Source: Octopus sinensis (lineage: Eukaryota). From it: a DNA stretch of 64,000 nt. Positions 29,346 through 44,025 of this stretch are shown here, piece by piece. The stretch's first letter is position 1. The number at the start of each line of letters is the position of its first letter. The notes beneath the pieces were generated by a model. It was given only the letters and a program-made list of their open reading frames with translations, searched no databases and was not told the DNA's origin. A program made the position numbers and the translations under genes. The DNA lies in NCBI RefSeq assembly GCF_006345805.1, contig NC_043001.1, positions 7,316,001 to 7,380,000 of the forward strand, written 5' to 3'.

Positions 29346-30145
29346 GTAATTCGCACTGATGACTGTCTATGTTAAAAAAAGAAAACAAGAAAAGACATCG
29401 AAAATAATTTCTGTTTAGAAACATCAGCAAATATCAAAATAATTTGGTGAAAATGTGGTGGGAATACGGTGAAATAGAAAATTTCTGGTTTGCTATGACA
29501 TTAAAATAACTGATAATGAATAAAGTAGAACCAAACGACCGTTATTCTAAACTCTCTTTCCTTTCCTGTGAAAGATGTATTTTCGTAATATTATTTATGC
29601 ATTGCTACGTAGCTTCTGTCGAAGAATATATCCAATGACTTAACCGGCAATGTTCTCAGCATAACCTCTTGAATGAAATTTGGATATTAAATAATATCAT
29701 AAGCGACATTATTCAGTTTCCAAGCGAAATTTGAGAACATGATTAAAGCAATTTAAAAAGTTATGTTTATGAAATTGCAAACAAGGATATATCTCTTCAT
29801 TAATGAACAAATTAACGAACAGAATTATTCAGTTAAAAAACATTTTACATAAATATACTTGACGAATATTAATGTCTGTCAAAACAACAAAATTAAGAAA
29901 AGAATTGTTTAAAAAATATCACTTACAAAATTTCAATGTTAATTAAAATATTATCTTATATAAATCTTATACATTTTAAATTAAAATACCATAATTATAA
30001 TATTTAGTGGATGGCATTTTTTCCGAGAATACTAATCAGTTTTCGTCAAAATTGATTCAACACGGAATATATTATTTATTGCAAGATATAGTTAAATGTG
30101 TCTATACAAATGATTTACAAACACATTCCAGGAAAGAGAAAGAAA

Positions 30146-30376
30146 GGCGGTGAGTTGGCAAAATCGTTAAGCACGCCGGGCGAAATGCGTAGCCGTATTT
30201 CGTATGCCGTTATGTTCTGAGTTCAAATTCAGCCGAGGTCGACTTTGCTTTTCATCCTTTCGGGGTCGATAAATTAAGTACCAGTTACGTCCAGGGGTCG
30301 ATGTAATCGACGTAATCAGTTTGTCTGTCCTTGTTTGTCCCCTCTGTGTTTAGCCCCTTGTGGGTAATAAAGAAAC
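30146..30376 (+). mobile_element. SINE family A
   Basis: Complete head, core and type-2 tail. Confidence 0.92.
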
Positions 30377-31448
30377 ATATAGATAGGGAGAAAGAGAGAG
30401 AAACAGGGGAACAGAGAGACACAGAGAGAGAAGTGTGGATAGGGAACGGGAGAGCAAGAGGGAGGGAGAAAATCCCGATAGAGAGTGAGTGAGAAGGAGG
30501 GAGCGAGAAGGAATAAAAAGGGAGAGAGTGGGAGCTACGTAGAGTTAGAGAGAGAGAGAGAGAATTACTAGAATAGAATTATTCTTTGTCGATTTAATTT
30601 CCTTTAGAACTATTTTGTCTATTTATAATTGATCATAAGTTATCTTACACTCCTTCCTGCAACTTTTCGGTTCTCCTGGTTGCAAATTCTTCTGGCATGT
30701 GTATTCTATACAAAAATCATTCCCGATGAATCTTTAAAATGAGATGGAATCCGTAAATACATAATTATCTACAATTCTGTCTAGAAACATGTCCTGCGTA
30801 TATACAATTTGTACAACACGTTTAATAATCAACGCACTCACACATACACAGACACACAGCGATAAACAAACAGACACACATGCATGAACACTCGCAGACA
30901 TAAACACACGCCCGCATACACACACACCCATACTAACCCAGAACACACACACACATGCACACACGTCAAACACTGACACAGTGAAAAGGCTCAAAAAGGA
31001 AATCAATGTGTAGAGCTGTACTGAAAAGTATGACAATGGAAATGCACAGTGAAGTAAATATTTTAATACATATTTACAATTTTATCTTTAAATTTAATCT
31101 TTTAAATTTAATCTTTTAAATTCTATCTTTAAAACATAGTCCTTAAGAGTAACCTATGAGTATACATTTGTGCCCCACGACATAAGTTAAAGAAACGCAA
31201 GAACAAATTTGGAAACTTCGGAAACAACATAAACCTGTAGCTGCTCTTGAAAATTTTCTATCAAAAAATTAGCGAAACTTGTCTCCAAGACTTGAGAATT
31301 GGACAGCTTTTAATATAGTAATATAATATAATAGCAATTCTTAAAGAAATTCTACGTCTTAGTTTCATATTTTAACTCTACCTAGTGGAATGTGTTAACG
31401 CATTCATATTAATGCATGTATATATGATAACACAAAGCAAATACTCAC

Positions 31449-31542
31449 CACATTTTGTGGATGGAAACTCATTTTAGAAATCAGAGAGGAAGAATTAAAT
31501 TCCAACGAAGAAAGTGGAGTAAATTAATATATTTAATATCAT
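31449..31542 (-). other. Candidate spliced exon (non-coding or 5'UTR/start exon)
   Basis: Acceptor TTCTTTTGTTTCATGCAG and donor TG|GTGAGT; all through-frames closed but AAAATG starts MSFHPQNV up to the donor. Confidence 0.2.
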
Positions 31543-32429
31543 CTGCATGAAACAAAAGAACAATAATAACCATGTCACACGTCCATTGTCTTGGCAATGC
31601 ACGTGAGATATGTATAAGTCCATTACCAAAAATGGATGTGAGAACATCGTATCTCTTAACAAAACAAACCAACTAGTAATATCACAACATTATCGTGCAA
31701 TGAGGAACAATGATATTAACAGCTGAACATTTACAAACAAGCGGTGAAAATACGAATGGAAAGGAACAAGAAATCAATAGAAAAATACAACTCAATATGA
31801 AGCACTGAAAACGGGTGTGAAGAAATGATTTATTTTAAATGACTATGAAACCTTTCCACGGAAATATCACGTAGAACATTAAAAGAGCGAAAATCAGTTG
31901 AGATTCTTTGTTTTTCGAGAAACAAACTAATAGTTACCTGAGAAAATTTCACGTTCGTTATCTCAAGGCCATCCCAAACTAATTAGAATTACTTAAAAAT
32001 CGATTATACATAGTGTTCCTTTTTTTTTTTCATATCGCTTGAAATGTTCTGCCAGTGTGCGTAAAGAAATTTACACCGTATTTTTTGGTACGTAAAGTGT
32101 CAGAAATTTCAATTCGATTGACTTTTTCCGAAGAATATATTAAACATGGTAAATAATGTTTTAACCGAAGTTTAATAAATTTGCGGAATATTTATTGCAG
32201 AATCTGTAAATAAAAAAATGCTGTTGTGGGTATTTTTATCGTTGCGCAAGCATTAGGTTTTGTAAGAATTTCTGAAAAGTTTTGTTATTGTGAGAGGAGA
32301 TATTCAGCATATAACACAACTACCCTCCGGGGTACGTATTTAAATGACTTCATAGAACAAGCTACATGTTCAGATGTACCACCTTGCCGAAGTAACCGGT
32401 TTCCCAAATATTAAATAACGTATATAGGT

Positions 32430-32643
32430 TTCAAATTTCGGCATAGGGCCAGCAATGGTGAAGGTGGAATTCGATTACATCGAACCAAATGTTCAACTGA
32501 TAGGTATTTAATCGACCTCAAAAAAAAAAAAAATGAAAGGCAATGTGAAATTCGGCGGAATTTCAAAACTGGACGACAAGGTCGACGAAAACTGGTTAAG
32601 TGTTTTGTTCGGCCTGCGAGATATTCTGCCAGATGGGCGCCTT
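32430..32643 (-). mobile_element. Diverged SINE family A
   Basis: TTTAATCGACC..ATGAAAGGCAA..TCGGCGGAATTT..TTCTGCCAG. Confidence 0.7.
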
Positions 32644-33595
32644 AACCATCTAAGTGATACTGAAAACAAGCATAAAAAATACATACATCATTATATATTC
32701 ACATATGTTTGTCCATTTCAATTTGTAAATATTTTTGGTTACAGTGTACCAAAGGACACATATATAACTAGCATTCATCTTACCAAATGTATACACACAA
32801 GTTATTGCCAATAACATTTCTACTCAGAAGTATTGACATATAACTTCCAATAAATGTCTTCTAAACTCAAGCAATATTATCGTAACACACGAAAAAGGTT
32901 TTTCTCTCTTCATACAAAGGAACTGCCGTAAGCCAGATGGTTTAGAAATTTTGGATTACTCTTACGTTTAAATCTAATTCATGATACGAGGGCTGTGTTA
33001 TTTCTATTTTTATGACCAAATCAATATATGCGCTGCGTAAGTATATATTTGTTTAGTATTTTTTTCCCATAGAGCTATTTAGAATTTTTTAATTCAACAT
33101 TTCCATGAATATAGACACATGGCGTACCATTCACAACATTTCTTGCTCTTCACTACGCCTTTATTCAGATGTATTCATAAAAGACTTGGAATACATGCTA
33201 CTAGTAATAGATGCTTGTATATGCGTGTAGCGTTGCATAACGGCAACACACATGCAAGTCTATAAAAGAGAACGAAAGGGAAGAAAATGTTCTAGAATCT
33301 ATGCACATGGGTAGGAAATCTTCACGGAATTGCATTATTAATACACATGAATGCATGTAAATGCATTGGGGTATCTATAGGATAGCATCTTAAATTCCTT
33401 AAAAAGTAGGAGAAATATGTAGATTTAAATGTGCAAAAGTGAAACATATCAAGGAGTGTTACAGCATCAGTGATTATAAATGTTTGACAGAATCTGAAAT
33501 TCGGTATCTTTCTAACATTTAACGGGCATACTCAATCGTTCAGATGCGAGGATGCAAAGATGTATTCGAATATTGTTTTGATAGGTATATAATTA

Positions 33596-33771
33596 TATAG
33601 GGAGAATTCACAAAAAAAACCCCAAAAAACGAAGACAGGTGGTGTAGACAGCAAACAGATGTATTAGTTTAACGCTCGGGAAGGGAAAAAGTATTTAACG
33701 TTTCGAGCCTATGCTCTTCCACAGAAGGAACACAGAAAGAAACATGGAGAGAAGTTAAAGAATGTGTAGTG
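33596..33771 (-). mobile_element. PLE-like terminus type P1 with hammerhead-like motif
   Basis: Minus strand CUGUGGA-A-GAGC-AUAG-GCUC-GAAAC-GUU; AGCGTTAAACTAATAC shared with 49005-49162; ends at TA-rich flank. Confidence 0.65.
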
Positions 33772-33920
33772 ATATATACACACGTAGATATATTCTTGTA
33801 TGAATGTACATACATAAGTATATATGTGTATGCGTGCGTTCGCGTGTGTGTGTGAGTATGTGTGTATCTAGCTAGCTATCTATTGGTCAGGCACGACGCA
33901 TGAGACATATATATATACAT

Positions 33921-34177
33921 GTCTTTGAAAACATCTTTCTTTATCCTTTCTCCTTCCGGTCTTTCAAAATGTGACCTCGTGTGTACCGTTGGCGATTCTT
34001 TTCCCTCTGTCTTCCCTTCTCTGGATCTTTCCTTCTCATATGGTTCCGACGAAGAGCTCCGCTGGAAACGTTAAACCCTTCTTCTTCCCTTCTTTCCTGA
34101 GCGTCCAATAATACTATATTTGTTCCACGTCCTCGCGTTGTTGTGTTTTTTTGTGTTTTCTTGTTTGGATTAAATTT
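33921..34177 (+). mobile_element. PLE-like terminus type P2 with hammerhead-like motif
   Basis: Nearly identical to reverse complement of 49207-49462; CCGACGA-A-GAGC-UCC-GCUG-GAAAC-GUU at 34046-34072; followed by (TA)n. Confidence 0.75.
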
Positions 34178-34236
34178 ATATATATATATTATATATATAT
34201 ATATATATATACGTCTGTAAACATACATACAGACAG

Positions 34237-34237
34237 G

Positions 34238-34307
<70 letters not shown>
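34237..34307. repeat. (GATA)n microsatellite
   Basis: Directly visible. Confidence 0.95.
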
Positions 34308-34574
34308 TAGGGAGAGAGTGGAGTCATAAGGTTTAGTGGTTAAGGAGATGGCAAAAGTGTGGTTTCGTTTCGCAGATGGGCGATGTTTGTGTTCTAGAGT
34401 TTTTGACGTTCTTGAGTCTTTCACTGTCAAAAAGGACCAATCTTTCAACGCACCGGTGTTCCGTAGGCAATTAGCAAATATACATTACATAATACGGTAC
34501 ATTGACTTATAAGCCTACGTCTACTGAATTTCTTTTGTTTTTCATATATGCGGTTACGTGTTTAAAAATGCATA

Positions 34575-35418
34575 CGTGGTTTGATCAATAAGTCATAGTA
34601 ACAGAAATAAAGCATGCAGAGTGAGGCCCCTTGGTGAAGATTGAACGTGAATTCTGTTGTGCTTGTGCACTAAGTTCATGTGTCCAGTGCTCTAAGCATT
34701 GCTTGTAATGAATGTGTGTAGCGTGTGATTGTCGCATTGAACAGGACAGAGTAAGTTGTCATGGCGATACTTGTTCAGAAAGTTGCAGAAAGTGAATGGC
34801 GAGCAGTATATGTGCTGCAAAGAAGTGAACGTGTGATTCAGATGTTTCCAAGGTGGCCGAAAAATGTCGATATTGACAAACCTTCTGGGAGACCGCAAAC
34901 TGGTAAAACGTCGTAGATGTGCGTGGAAGTGTTACGATAAATCACTGAGTCACCAGCGTGAGTTAATAGACCGTCTGCAGATTAGTTACGGTTCAGTTCA
35001 GTCCATTATCACTGAAGATTTGGATATGAGACGCGTGTCTGCTATGTTTGTGCCAAAACTGCTTACAGCTGACCAAAAAGAGATTCCGATTTCAGTTGCA
35101 CAAAATATCCACGATTGTGTCGAGTACGAGGAAATCTTTTGAAAACTTTGAATAGTCTTTTGAGGAGGTATCGTCAAGCGTTTGTCAGAAATTTGACGCT
35201 GATTCTTTGCTCAACTCTCTCTGTGATTGTCAATGCGACGATCACACGCTAAACACCTTTCCAAGTAATGCTGTAAACAACGGATGTAAGCTAGAAGATT
35301 AAAACTTAATGCAAATGCACGGCAGGGTTCAAATTCAATCCGTACCAATCAGCTCTACTCTCTATGCTTCCACTTCGTTACTATAGCAACAGTCCGGATA
35401 CTTATTGATCAGATTACG
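34575..35418 (+). mobile_element. Non-autonomous mariner derivative with long inverted ends
   Basis: Termini CGTGGTTTGATCAATAAGT / ACTTATTGATCAGATTACG flanked by TA; transposase remnant ISYGSVQSIITEDLDMRRVSAMFVPKLLT; ~190-bp diverged inverted arms. Confidence 0.85.
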
Positions 35419-35714
35419 TATATGTATATGCTTGCATGTGTATATCTAACCCAAGATAACCTTGACAAATTACAAATCGGTTCTAGTGATAATGGGTCTT
35501 TTCGAATGCACAATGGAGAAGGTGTTTGTGTGAAGCTATCGAAATGGCACCAGAACAGTTTGGAGTTATATAACGATAATTGTGATCCTAACATTCAATG
35601 GTTTTCATGAAGGAAGTGAGGAACAAGTAAACATTAACGGATTTAATAATGTAGTTGGTGGTTTATTAGCGTAACAACACTACAGAGATTAAAACATATA
35701 ATGTATTCAAGCAT

Positions 35715-35838
35715 ATACATATGAATGTCTATGTACACACACGCACATGCATACGTATATATATGTGTGTGCGTTTGTGTGTATATACTTACACACAGAT
35801 ACGCACAGATATGTATATACAGATATACATACATATAC

Positions 35839-35876
<38 letters not shown>

Positions 35877-35950
35877 TTACATGTATGTATGTGTATATGT
35901 GTATATATGTATATATATATATATATATGTATACACACTCATACAGACAC

Positions 35951-35983
<33 letters not shown>

Positions 35984-36061
35984 CATATATATATGTGTAT
36001 GCGTATGTGTACATAGGCATACATATATGTATGCTTGCTTGGTTGTATGTATGAATATATA

Positions 36062-36138
<77 letters not shown>

Positions 36139-36142
36139 TATA
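35715..36142. repeat. (TA)n/(TG)n low-complexity tract
   Basis: Directly visible. Confidence 0.9.
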
Positions 36143-37146
36143 GTAGGAGGATTTCTCCATGACAAGAGCCGTAAAGACAGAGTTACGTAATTATGTGTGA
36201 GTGTGTTTTCTGTGTCTGTTTCTGCGTGAGAGAATATGTATGAAAAAAATCATTGCTAATATATTTTTATGGATGAAGAATTACGTTCATGATTATCATT
36301 GTAATATCTGTATTATGTTATATTATTATCAATTTAGGAAATGTTGAAGGAAATATTTTCAATCACGTAAAAATTGTACGAGATGGACGTCTCATTATTT
36401 AAGTTGGGACTATAACCTTTGATGGAAATCTTTGGAATAAAAAATAACATCTAATTAAGGTAGACATAGATACTGGAAGAATAAAATAGCCTTGCACAAA
36501 ATCTACACAGCCAATTAATCTTGACTTCGAATTATTCAAATAATTCTCTATGTCTCTTTTTATTGTGATTAATTTCAAAATATTTCTTTATTATAATTAT
36601 GATTTACAAAATTGCAAACTACATCTACAGTCAAAGAACATGCCCATTTGAAGAAGTCGAGAAATACTCAGGTACCATCCGCAATCGAAGACATCTTCCT
36701 CGTCCGAACGACAACCAATGTACTTTTGATGAAAAATATCTTGAGCAAAATAATCAGATTGTCTATCTGTCTGTACGTACATTGATAATTGCGTGCATGT
36801 GTGTATATGTGTGTACATACATATATCGTGTACATTAAAACACATTAAGAGGCTTCCAAATAGGAAAGCCTTGTGCTAGAAAGAGCAGTAGAAAACTGAA
36901 ACCACTATTTAGGGATACATTCTTGAAAGGAATGAGAATTAAATACATTTACCATAAAACTTAGTTCCTAGACCATGTTTTCTGCCTAATTTCAGTAAAA
37001 AAGTATTTACTGAGGCCAGTTTTCATCAGTAGGTAGCCTTTAGATTTTAAATATACACTCAATGAGATCCGCATGTAAACTCGTTGCCTGTATATTCTAA
37101 CTTTTCAAATCCACTGCGCAGATGCAGTTCATTTCCGGCGATATAC

Positions 37147-37336
<190 letters not shown>

Positions 37337-37362
37337 CATGCGTATGCGTGTATGTACGTATA

Positions 37363-37497
37363 TTCGGCAAAACAGACCGAAAGAATAAGTTCCGGGCTTA
37401 CAAAGTATAAGTACTCGTGTCAATTTCTTCGACTAAAAGGCGGTGTTGCAGCATGGCCGCAGTGAAATGAATGAAACCAGTAAAGAGAATAAAAGAT
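37363..37497 (+). mobile_element. SINE family B, 3' fragment
   Basis: TTCGGCAAAACAGACCGA..CGACTAAAAGGCGGTGTTGCAGCATGGCCGCAG. Confidence 0.8.
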
Positions 37498-38097
37498 ATT
37501 TAAAATCTCCCAAGTTTACGAGAGCTACATGGACACTGGGATGTCAACATTTAAGGTGGTCCCACGTCCCCTCAAGATACAATCGCTCTTATATTTCAAA
37601 TTACCTCACAAAGTATTTTTGCAGTTACTTTGAAATACATTTTATAGTTTGTTCTTCGTCGAACTAGTATTCGGTAAATATTAAAGATTATAGTTCTTGC
37701 TGAAAATAATTCATCTGAACAGCACATACGCACATAACTATTTGAACCGTCAACGACAAATCTAGACTTCTATGTTTTTTCGATTAAAGAATAATACCCC
37801 AAAATTCAAAGTGATCTATGACATTATTTAGACAAGAATTGCGATAATATAAAAACTTTAAAGATTTTCTTGTAATTATTATCATTCTAGAATCTCATCT
37901 CTTTTGTCAGAATATTCATAAAAGAAGAAAGAAAATTTAAAAAATTTGTTTCATGTTATCAGTATTTTAAGAATGTTTTTCTTCTATTCATTCTCAAACA
38001 ACATAGGTATTTTGTGTAGATGTTCTATGTAGATTTACAACTTAAAACATTACTTCTTGCTAACACTCTTTGCACTCATACACTCACTCAGTGACAT

Positions 38098-38132
<35 letters not shown>

Positions 38133-39612
38133 TAACTCTCACACCTGGCAAAGAATATGTTCTTCGTCATTTTTTTTCTTCAGTTCTTTCTTGCTGTTTC
38201 CTCAAAATCATATTTTCTGTGAAAATTTACTCACAGATACTGTTACTATTTTATCACATCATTCCAACACAATTGCATGTATGAGAGTTACTCTCTCCCG
38301 ACAGAGATGCCAACTCACCATGTAGCAGCGGATTTGTTATTCAACATTTACCCACGCAGTAGATGTTTCAAGTCATCAAAGTTCACGTTGACATTAAGAA
38401 CTGAAGATGGATGTGAAAACAACATTGGTAAACGCCTCCACTATGTCTATGTTGGAAATCTCGTCCTTTTATATAAGTTTCTTCACTACATGGTATTACT
38501 AATAACATCTTGCCTTTCACTTGAACACTAGACTGTATTGTAAACATAAAATTAGTGCATTGCGAATACAACGGAGTGGGCGTGCTAAGCAGTGATAAGT
38601 AAAACGACTGAATTTTTCAGTGCTTTTGTAACAACAGTGCAAAGCTAATATCAAAACATTTATGACAACGAATCGTTCATGCCTAACAATTTTTATCAAT
38701 TGAAATTACTTGAGACAGATCAATCTGATTATTATCATGAAAAGAAAACCCCTTTCATTGAATATTTTTCAACATTAGTTCTTTTTGTTAGGTACAAACA
38801 TGGAGAAATAAAGTGGCTAAGAGAATCCAACTCATTATTCCACAAATGGCAAAGAGAAATATGATGTATTTGGTAGGAATTTTGATGTGAAAAAATTTCA
38901 ACATAAACAGAGATTAGAGAAGTCTATAAACAAGCCAAAAATTCAGTGAACAGTTTAACAATCTGGTTAAAATGTACACCTTATCCCTGAAGTCCTATCA
39001 TTAAATACAGGGAAGGGAAAGATCAAGTTTGGCTCGGATATTTTCACAACTTAACACACAATACAAAGTTTTGCCTATTCAGTGCCTGTTGGTGTCCTTC
39101 CAGTAATCTTGAAAAAGCATTTGGTAGTATGTTGTTTCATCTTGTCGGAATTGTCAGTACATGACAAGAAGGCAATCTATATAGTGCAAATGTAGTTAGC
39201 CCCGAAAGTAGCTTTTTTTTAAAAATAATTTAATGTGTATTATACCAAGGCGGTCTATATCTGTTCAGTTCTGCCATACATAATTCTTTCTGGTGTGGAA
39301 TTTTACGATGTAGTAATCACAAAATATACTGGAGAAGATTTTGATTGCCAAAAGACTATTTGGCAGTGGAGGAAGCGCTAATCAAACAAATGCTGATGAT
39401 TCGGTAAACAAATTTATGGAGAATTTGTCAAAATCAATAAGAATACCAAGTTGTATGTCAAATACATGTAAATTGAAAATCCACGGTTGAAGAAATCTGA
39501 TTTGTAAACAGACGGTCAATATTCAAAAGAAGCAAAAGTTGACAGATATATATATATATATGCACTTCGAATCATACACACTGAAGTACATTGAGTTGGC
39601 AAATCTTCTTAC

Positions 39613-39675
39613 CTGGACACTCAAATCACACAAAACTAATCCCAGTGGAATAAGAAGATTACAGAGTGTGAGAGG
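39613..39675 (-). other. Candidate 63-nt exon
   Basis: Acceptor TTATTTTTAG, donor CAG|GTAAGA, phase 0-0 open frame PLTLCNLLIPLGLVLCDLSVQ; no homology recognised. Confidence 0.25.
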
Positions 39676-40087
39676 CTAAAAATAACTTTTGCCATATTAC
39701 GCGATCATCATTGTGAAGTAATTGTTATGTACGTTCAGTATGAATACTTTACGGCATGTTTTGCTATTAAACTGGAAGTATTAATGGGAAAACGTATAAT
39801 TTTGCAGGGACTACACTAGAAGGGAAAAGACGAGAGAAATGTCAGGCTAAACCATAAAATATGTAGCGGCTAACCCGCACAATCAAAATATATAAGACCC
39901 ACTTTGAAATGAAATTTACAGAGAAATGTGACCATGAACTGTTTGGTGCAATGACATTGAGGGATGCAACAGATTAAGTATACGTATTTGTTTGCAAAGT
40001 GGAGTCGAACAGCATAGGGAAACGGAAAGTTACCCAACTCAGCAACCGAATAAAATATGAGGAAATAAATTGACTGGGATAGTACCA

Positions 40088-40152
<65 letters not shown>

Positions 40153-43100
40153 ATATTTGCATTCATGCGAGCATACACAGAGGCACACACATGTATGCGC
40201 AATCAATATACAACCATACTATACATACATATATAAATATAGATTCGTTCGTGTGTGCGTGTGTGTATGTATGTGTATGTGTCTGCTTATAGATATACAT
40301 GTGAGCTTCTTTACGAATACGTATATAACATTATGTATGAGACTGTATTTCCTCTATAAAAATGCATATACATTATACAATAACCCTTGAGTAATATAAG
40401 TGTATAGTTATTTATGCATCAATATATAGACATCCACATAAAGCAAGCGTATGGCTATACACGCATTTACATATATTCGTACGTATTTTTACCTCAGTGT
40501 GTATGTGTGTATGTATACCTATATGGATACATGCATACATGTTTGTGTATGTATAAAGAAAGAGAGAGAGAGATTGTGAGAGTACATGGAGAATGTTTAC
40601 TGTGTGTATTGCAAATGGAATTATGTACGCGTTCCCGTAAGTATATGCGTGTATAATCTATCCTTGTAAACCAAATTATTTTTTCTTTGAATCGTACGTG
40701 TTACTTGGTCGTAAGTTCACTTCATCGACATTCAGTGGGATGCCTTCTTGAATTATTTCAATACGGAATTATAATAAGCATGCACGTAGCAATACAAAAA
40801 AATATATAATGTTAAAGAAATTATGCCGAAAATAACATATGCCGCAATACACATAAATATATAATTCACTGTGTACATGGTGCTGAATTCTTATCTGTAT
40901 GTATGTCAGGTTAGAAGCAAAATATGGTTCCTCTTTCCATCATTCACAGTAAAAATAAATCGTGTTTCATATACGCAATAGTAATATATTTTATAAGAAA
41001 AGAAAATCAGAATAAAATTATGCATATTTATTTTCACAAATCATACAGCGTCTGTATGGACTTGATTACACTTTTTCATGTATAATTTTTGAAATATAAC
41101 GAAAATAATATTTTGCTATTCAATTCAGAATTCTGAAACATGCTATATTTCAGGTGATGTGTGATGCCATCTTTTTGATAAAATCACGTTTAAAACAAAT
41201 GGTATTATTATTAAACATTTCCCATGTGAAATATGCATATGATAAAGTGGTTTATTATCATGAAAGATTTATGTCACTGTGCACGCAAATATATCAACAG
41301 GCGTATACACACACACACAATTTACGTGCATACTTCTCTTCATATACATATATATGCATCAGCATGTATATGTATGTTTAGAAATATGGCTCTATGTGAA
41401 TAGCCATACTTCTAAAGAAACACACACATAGATAAAACTGAAAGAAAAATATAACTAAGTTCTTCTCAAGCCAGTTCCAGACGATAAGAAAGAGACAAGA
41501 ATTTTTGACTGAAGACATTTCTAGGTGTTTATAAATATGTAGTTCAGTTGGTGAGTTGCTTTTGCTTTCGATACACACATCCAAGTGTGTGCATGTTTCC
41601 AGCTAATGAATCGCAGATGGAGAAACTTCGTATGGTCTTACAAATCTTTCCTGTGCCACTAACGTATTGCATTTGGGAAATCTGCGAGTGTATATTGATG
41701 TTTGTGCGTATGTATGTATGTATGTTTGTATGTATACACATCGAATGTTTGTTCTAAATTGGATGGTAATTTACAAACGCCCAACTATCTATCTCTCTCT
41801 CTCTCTCTCTTTATATATATATATATATATTTAAATATTTATTTATCTGTGTATCTATATATCTATCTATATATCTTTCTATCTTTGTATCTAACTATCT
41901 CCCTTTCTATCTTTCTGTCTCACTAACTCCTTTATATCTATCTAGCTAATAGACAGCATTGAAAAACATACTATCTGTTATCAAATATATTATGAAAGAT
42001 TTAAATTAAGCACCATGTATACAACCTCTCCTAACGATATCACCAATTAAACTATTGTCGTCACATATTGTGATTGGATCTCATATTGCTTCTATGATAT
42101 CTATCTCGAAGACTACTTACTTCATCAATGAGTTATTCGTATAATTTGCCAGATACTGTATTCCACGAAATGCATATTGCAAATCAAATACGACACTGCC
42201 TAGTTTGCTTTACATTCTTCATATGATATTGCTTAGAAAAGAATTCTGTTTACATTAAATATTCGTTTATTTGCTGGAGAGTATATGTGTGTATGTTTGA
42301 GTGTGTATGTGTGAGATACGGCTGTGCCATTTGTGATTTCCTTACAGGGAAATTGACTCTTTAAATTATCAGATGTTTAAGGAAGATTATACTAATAAAT
42401 AAAACAAATTATGTAAGCTACATCTGTGAAAGTAACCTTTAGCAAGTAAAGGAGATATACAGAGTATTCCATACAACCGAAAACAAAGAAATATACCTTA
42501 TTTACATTTGTGAAATAATATGGAAAACAAAATTTAGATTTGTCTGCAGAGGGAGGTTTTAGCAATTGAATTGAAACCATAATAATCTATTTAGCAGCTG
42601 CTTGGTTTATCCTTTTGCACATGTTTCAAGTTAACTTATAAACATATTCCGAGAATTCCTTAGTTATGTTTGCCGAAGAATCAAGAAGCATCGCATATAT
42701 CTCCTTGCAGAATGTAGTTTGAAATATGCTGCCACGATACAAATGTATTTCGTATTTTGAGTTTTTAAAATAAAATATCAAATTAGGATGGTTGCCTTTT
42801 TTCTTGATATCTAGATGAAAATTAATCTCAGTATATGAAAATGTTTATTTTAAATGAATCTTTGAGCGGACAGTATATAATTGAACCATTTATCTTTATA
42901 ATTTTAAACTGTTTTTTTTTTTTTTACTTATAATTGAAACATTTCGGCAAGAATCCTGGAGTGGAATTTTCTAAACATCGACATTTGACATGATTTTAAT
43001 GCAGGAACTGATAGGTACTGGCAGCTTCAAAGTCACAGGCAAAAGCACTCTACTGTACTAGTCTGATATTCAAGTTTCCTCAGATGTTCAAATGCCTAAA

Positions 43101-43701
43101 TAAATAAATCAGAAATATTAAAGTAAAAAATAACTGGATAAACTCAAAACGATGATACCGGGGCACACAACCATTCAACGACACCTCAAGGAAGACAGGC
43201 CACTAGAGACACACTTTGAGACCCAATAAAAACCATAAATGGACAGCAAAACTGAAAGACTATAAATTCAGGCGGTGCTCCAGCATGGGTAGAGCACCTG
43301 TGCATCAATAATTGCTATAACTATATGTTAAATAGGAACATAAATCAGTAACTAGCATATCGATGTTTACCTCTTTTTGCTGTATTCAATGGTTTGTTTT
43401 ACATTAAGAAATGCCCCTTATTGCCGCCATATTATATGGCGTTACGTACCTTATTACCGTACTCTGTGGCATATTTTACATTTAGAAATGCATGATGAGT
43501 GCATTATTGCGTGAACTATTGCTTATGACGGTGTCATGCGGCACTTAATAAGTTGCATTCGAAATATATTACAAAGCATGTAATTCAGAACATTGATTAT
43601 ACGAGGATGAATACGGACTGCCTTTTATCATATATATTTCTGTTTATACAAACTAAAAATAGGATGAAAGACAACCTAAGTTCCAAAAGGATATTTATTT
43701 A

Positions 43702-43705
<4 letters not shown>

Positions 43706-43735
<30 letters not shown>

Positions 43736-43845
43736 CTATCTATCTAGCTATCTATATATCTGTCTGTCTGTTTATCTATCTATATATCTATCTATCTCTC
43801 AGTCTGTCTGTCTATCTATTTTTCTATGTATTTAATGAGCTATCC

Positions 43846-43906
<61 letters not shown>

Positions 43907-44025
43907 CTTATCTATGTATTTATTTATCAATCTATCTACTTATCTATCTATCTTTCTACCTATCTATCTATCAATATGTCTATCTATCTATCCATCTATC
44001 TATCCACTTATCTATCTACTTATCT
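43706..44025. repeat. (CA)n plus degenerate (TCTA)n tract
   Basis: Directly visible. Confidence 0.92.

Noticed and set aside
31081-31133. Short AT-rich ~14-bp tandem repeat (also duplicated ACATTGGGGCCTT at 12331-12362)
   Set aside because: Ordinary slippage duplications
32985-33010. TACGAGGGCTG mariner-TIR-like start
   Set aside because: No matching opposite TIR or transposase remnant found
36599-36838. Protein-like ORFs in unique DNA (also 35422-35610 and 13004-13210)
   Set aside because: Short, no recognisable domain, no convincing paired splice sites
38396-38436. CTGAAGA-T-GGATGT...ACATTG-GTAAACG hammerhead-like string
   Set aside because: GAAA box broken and no helix I pairing
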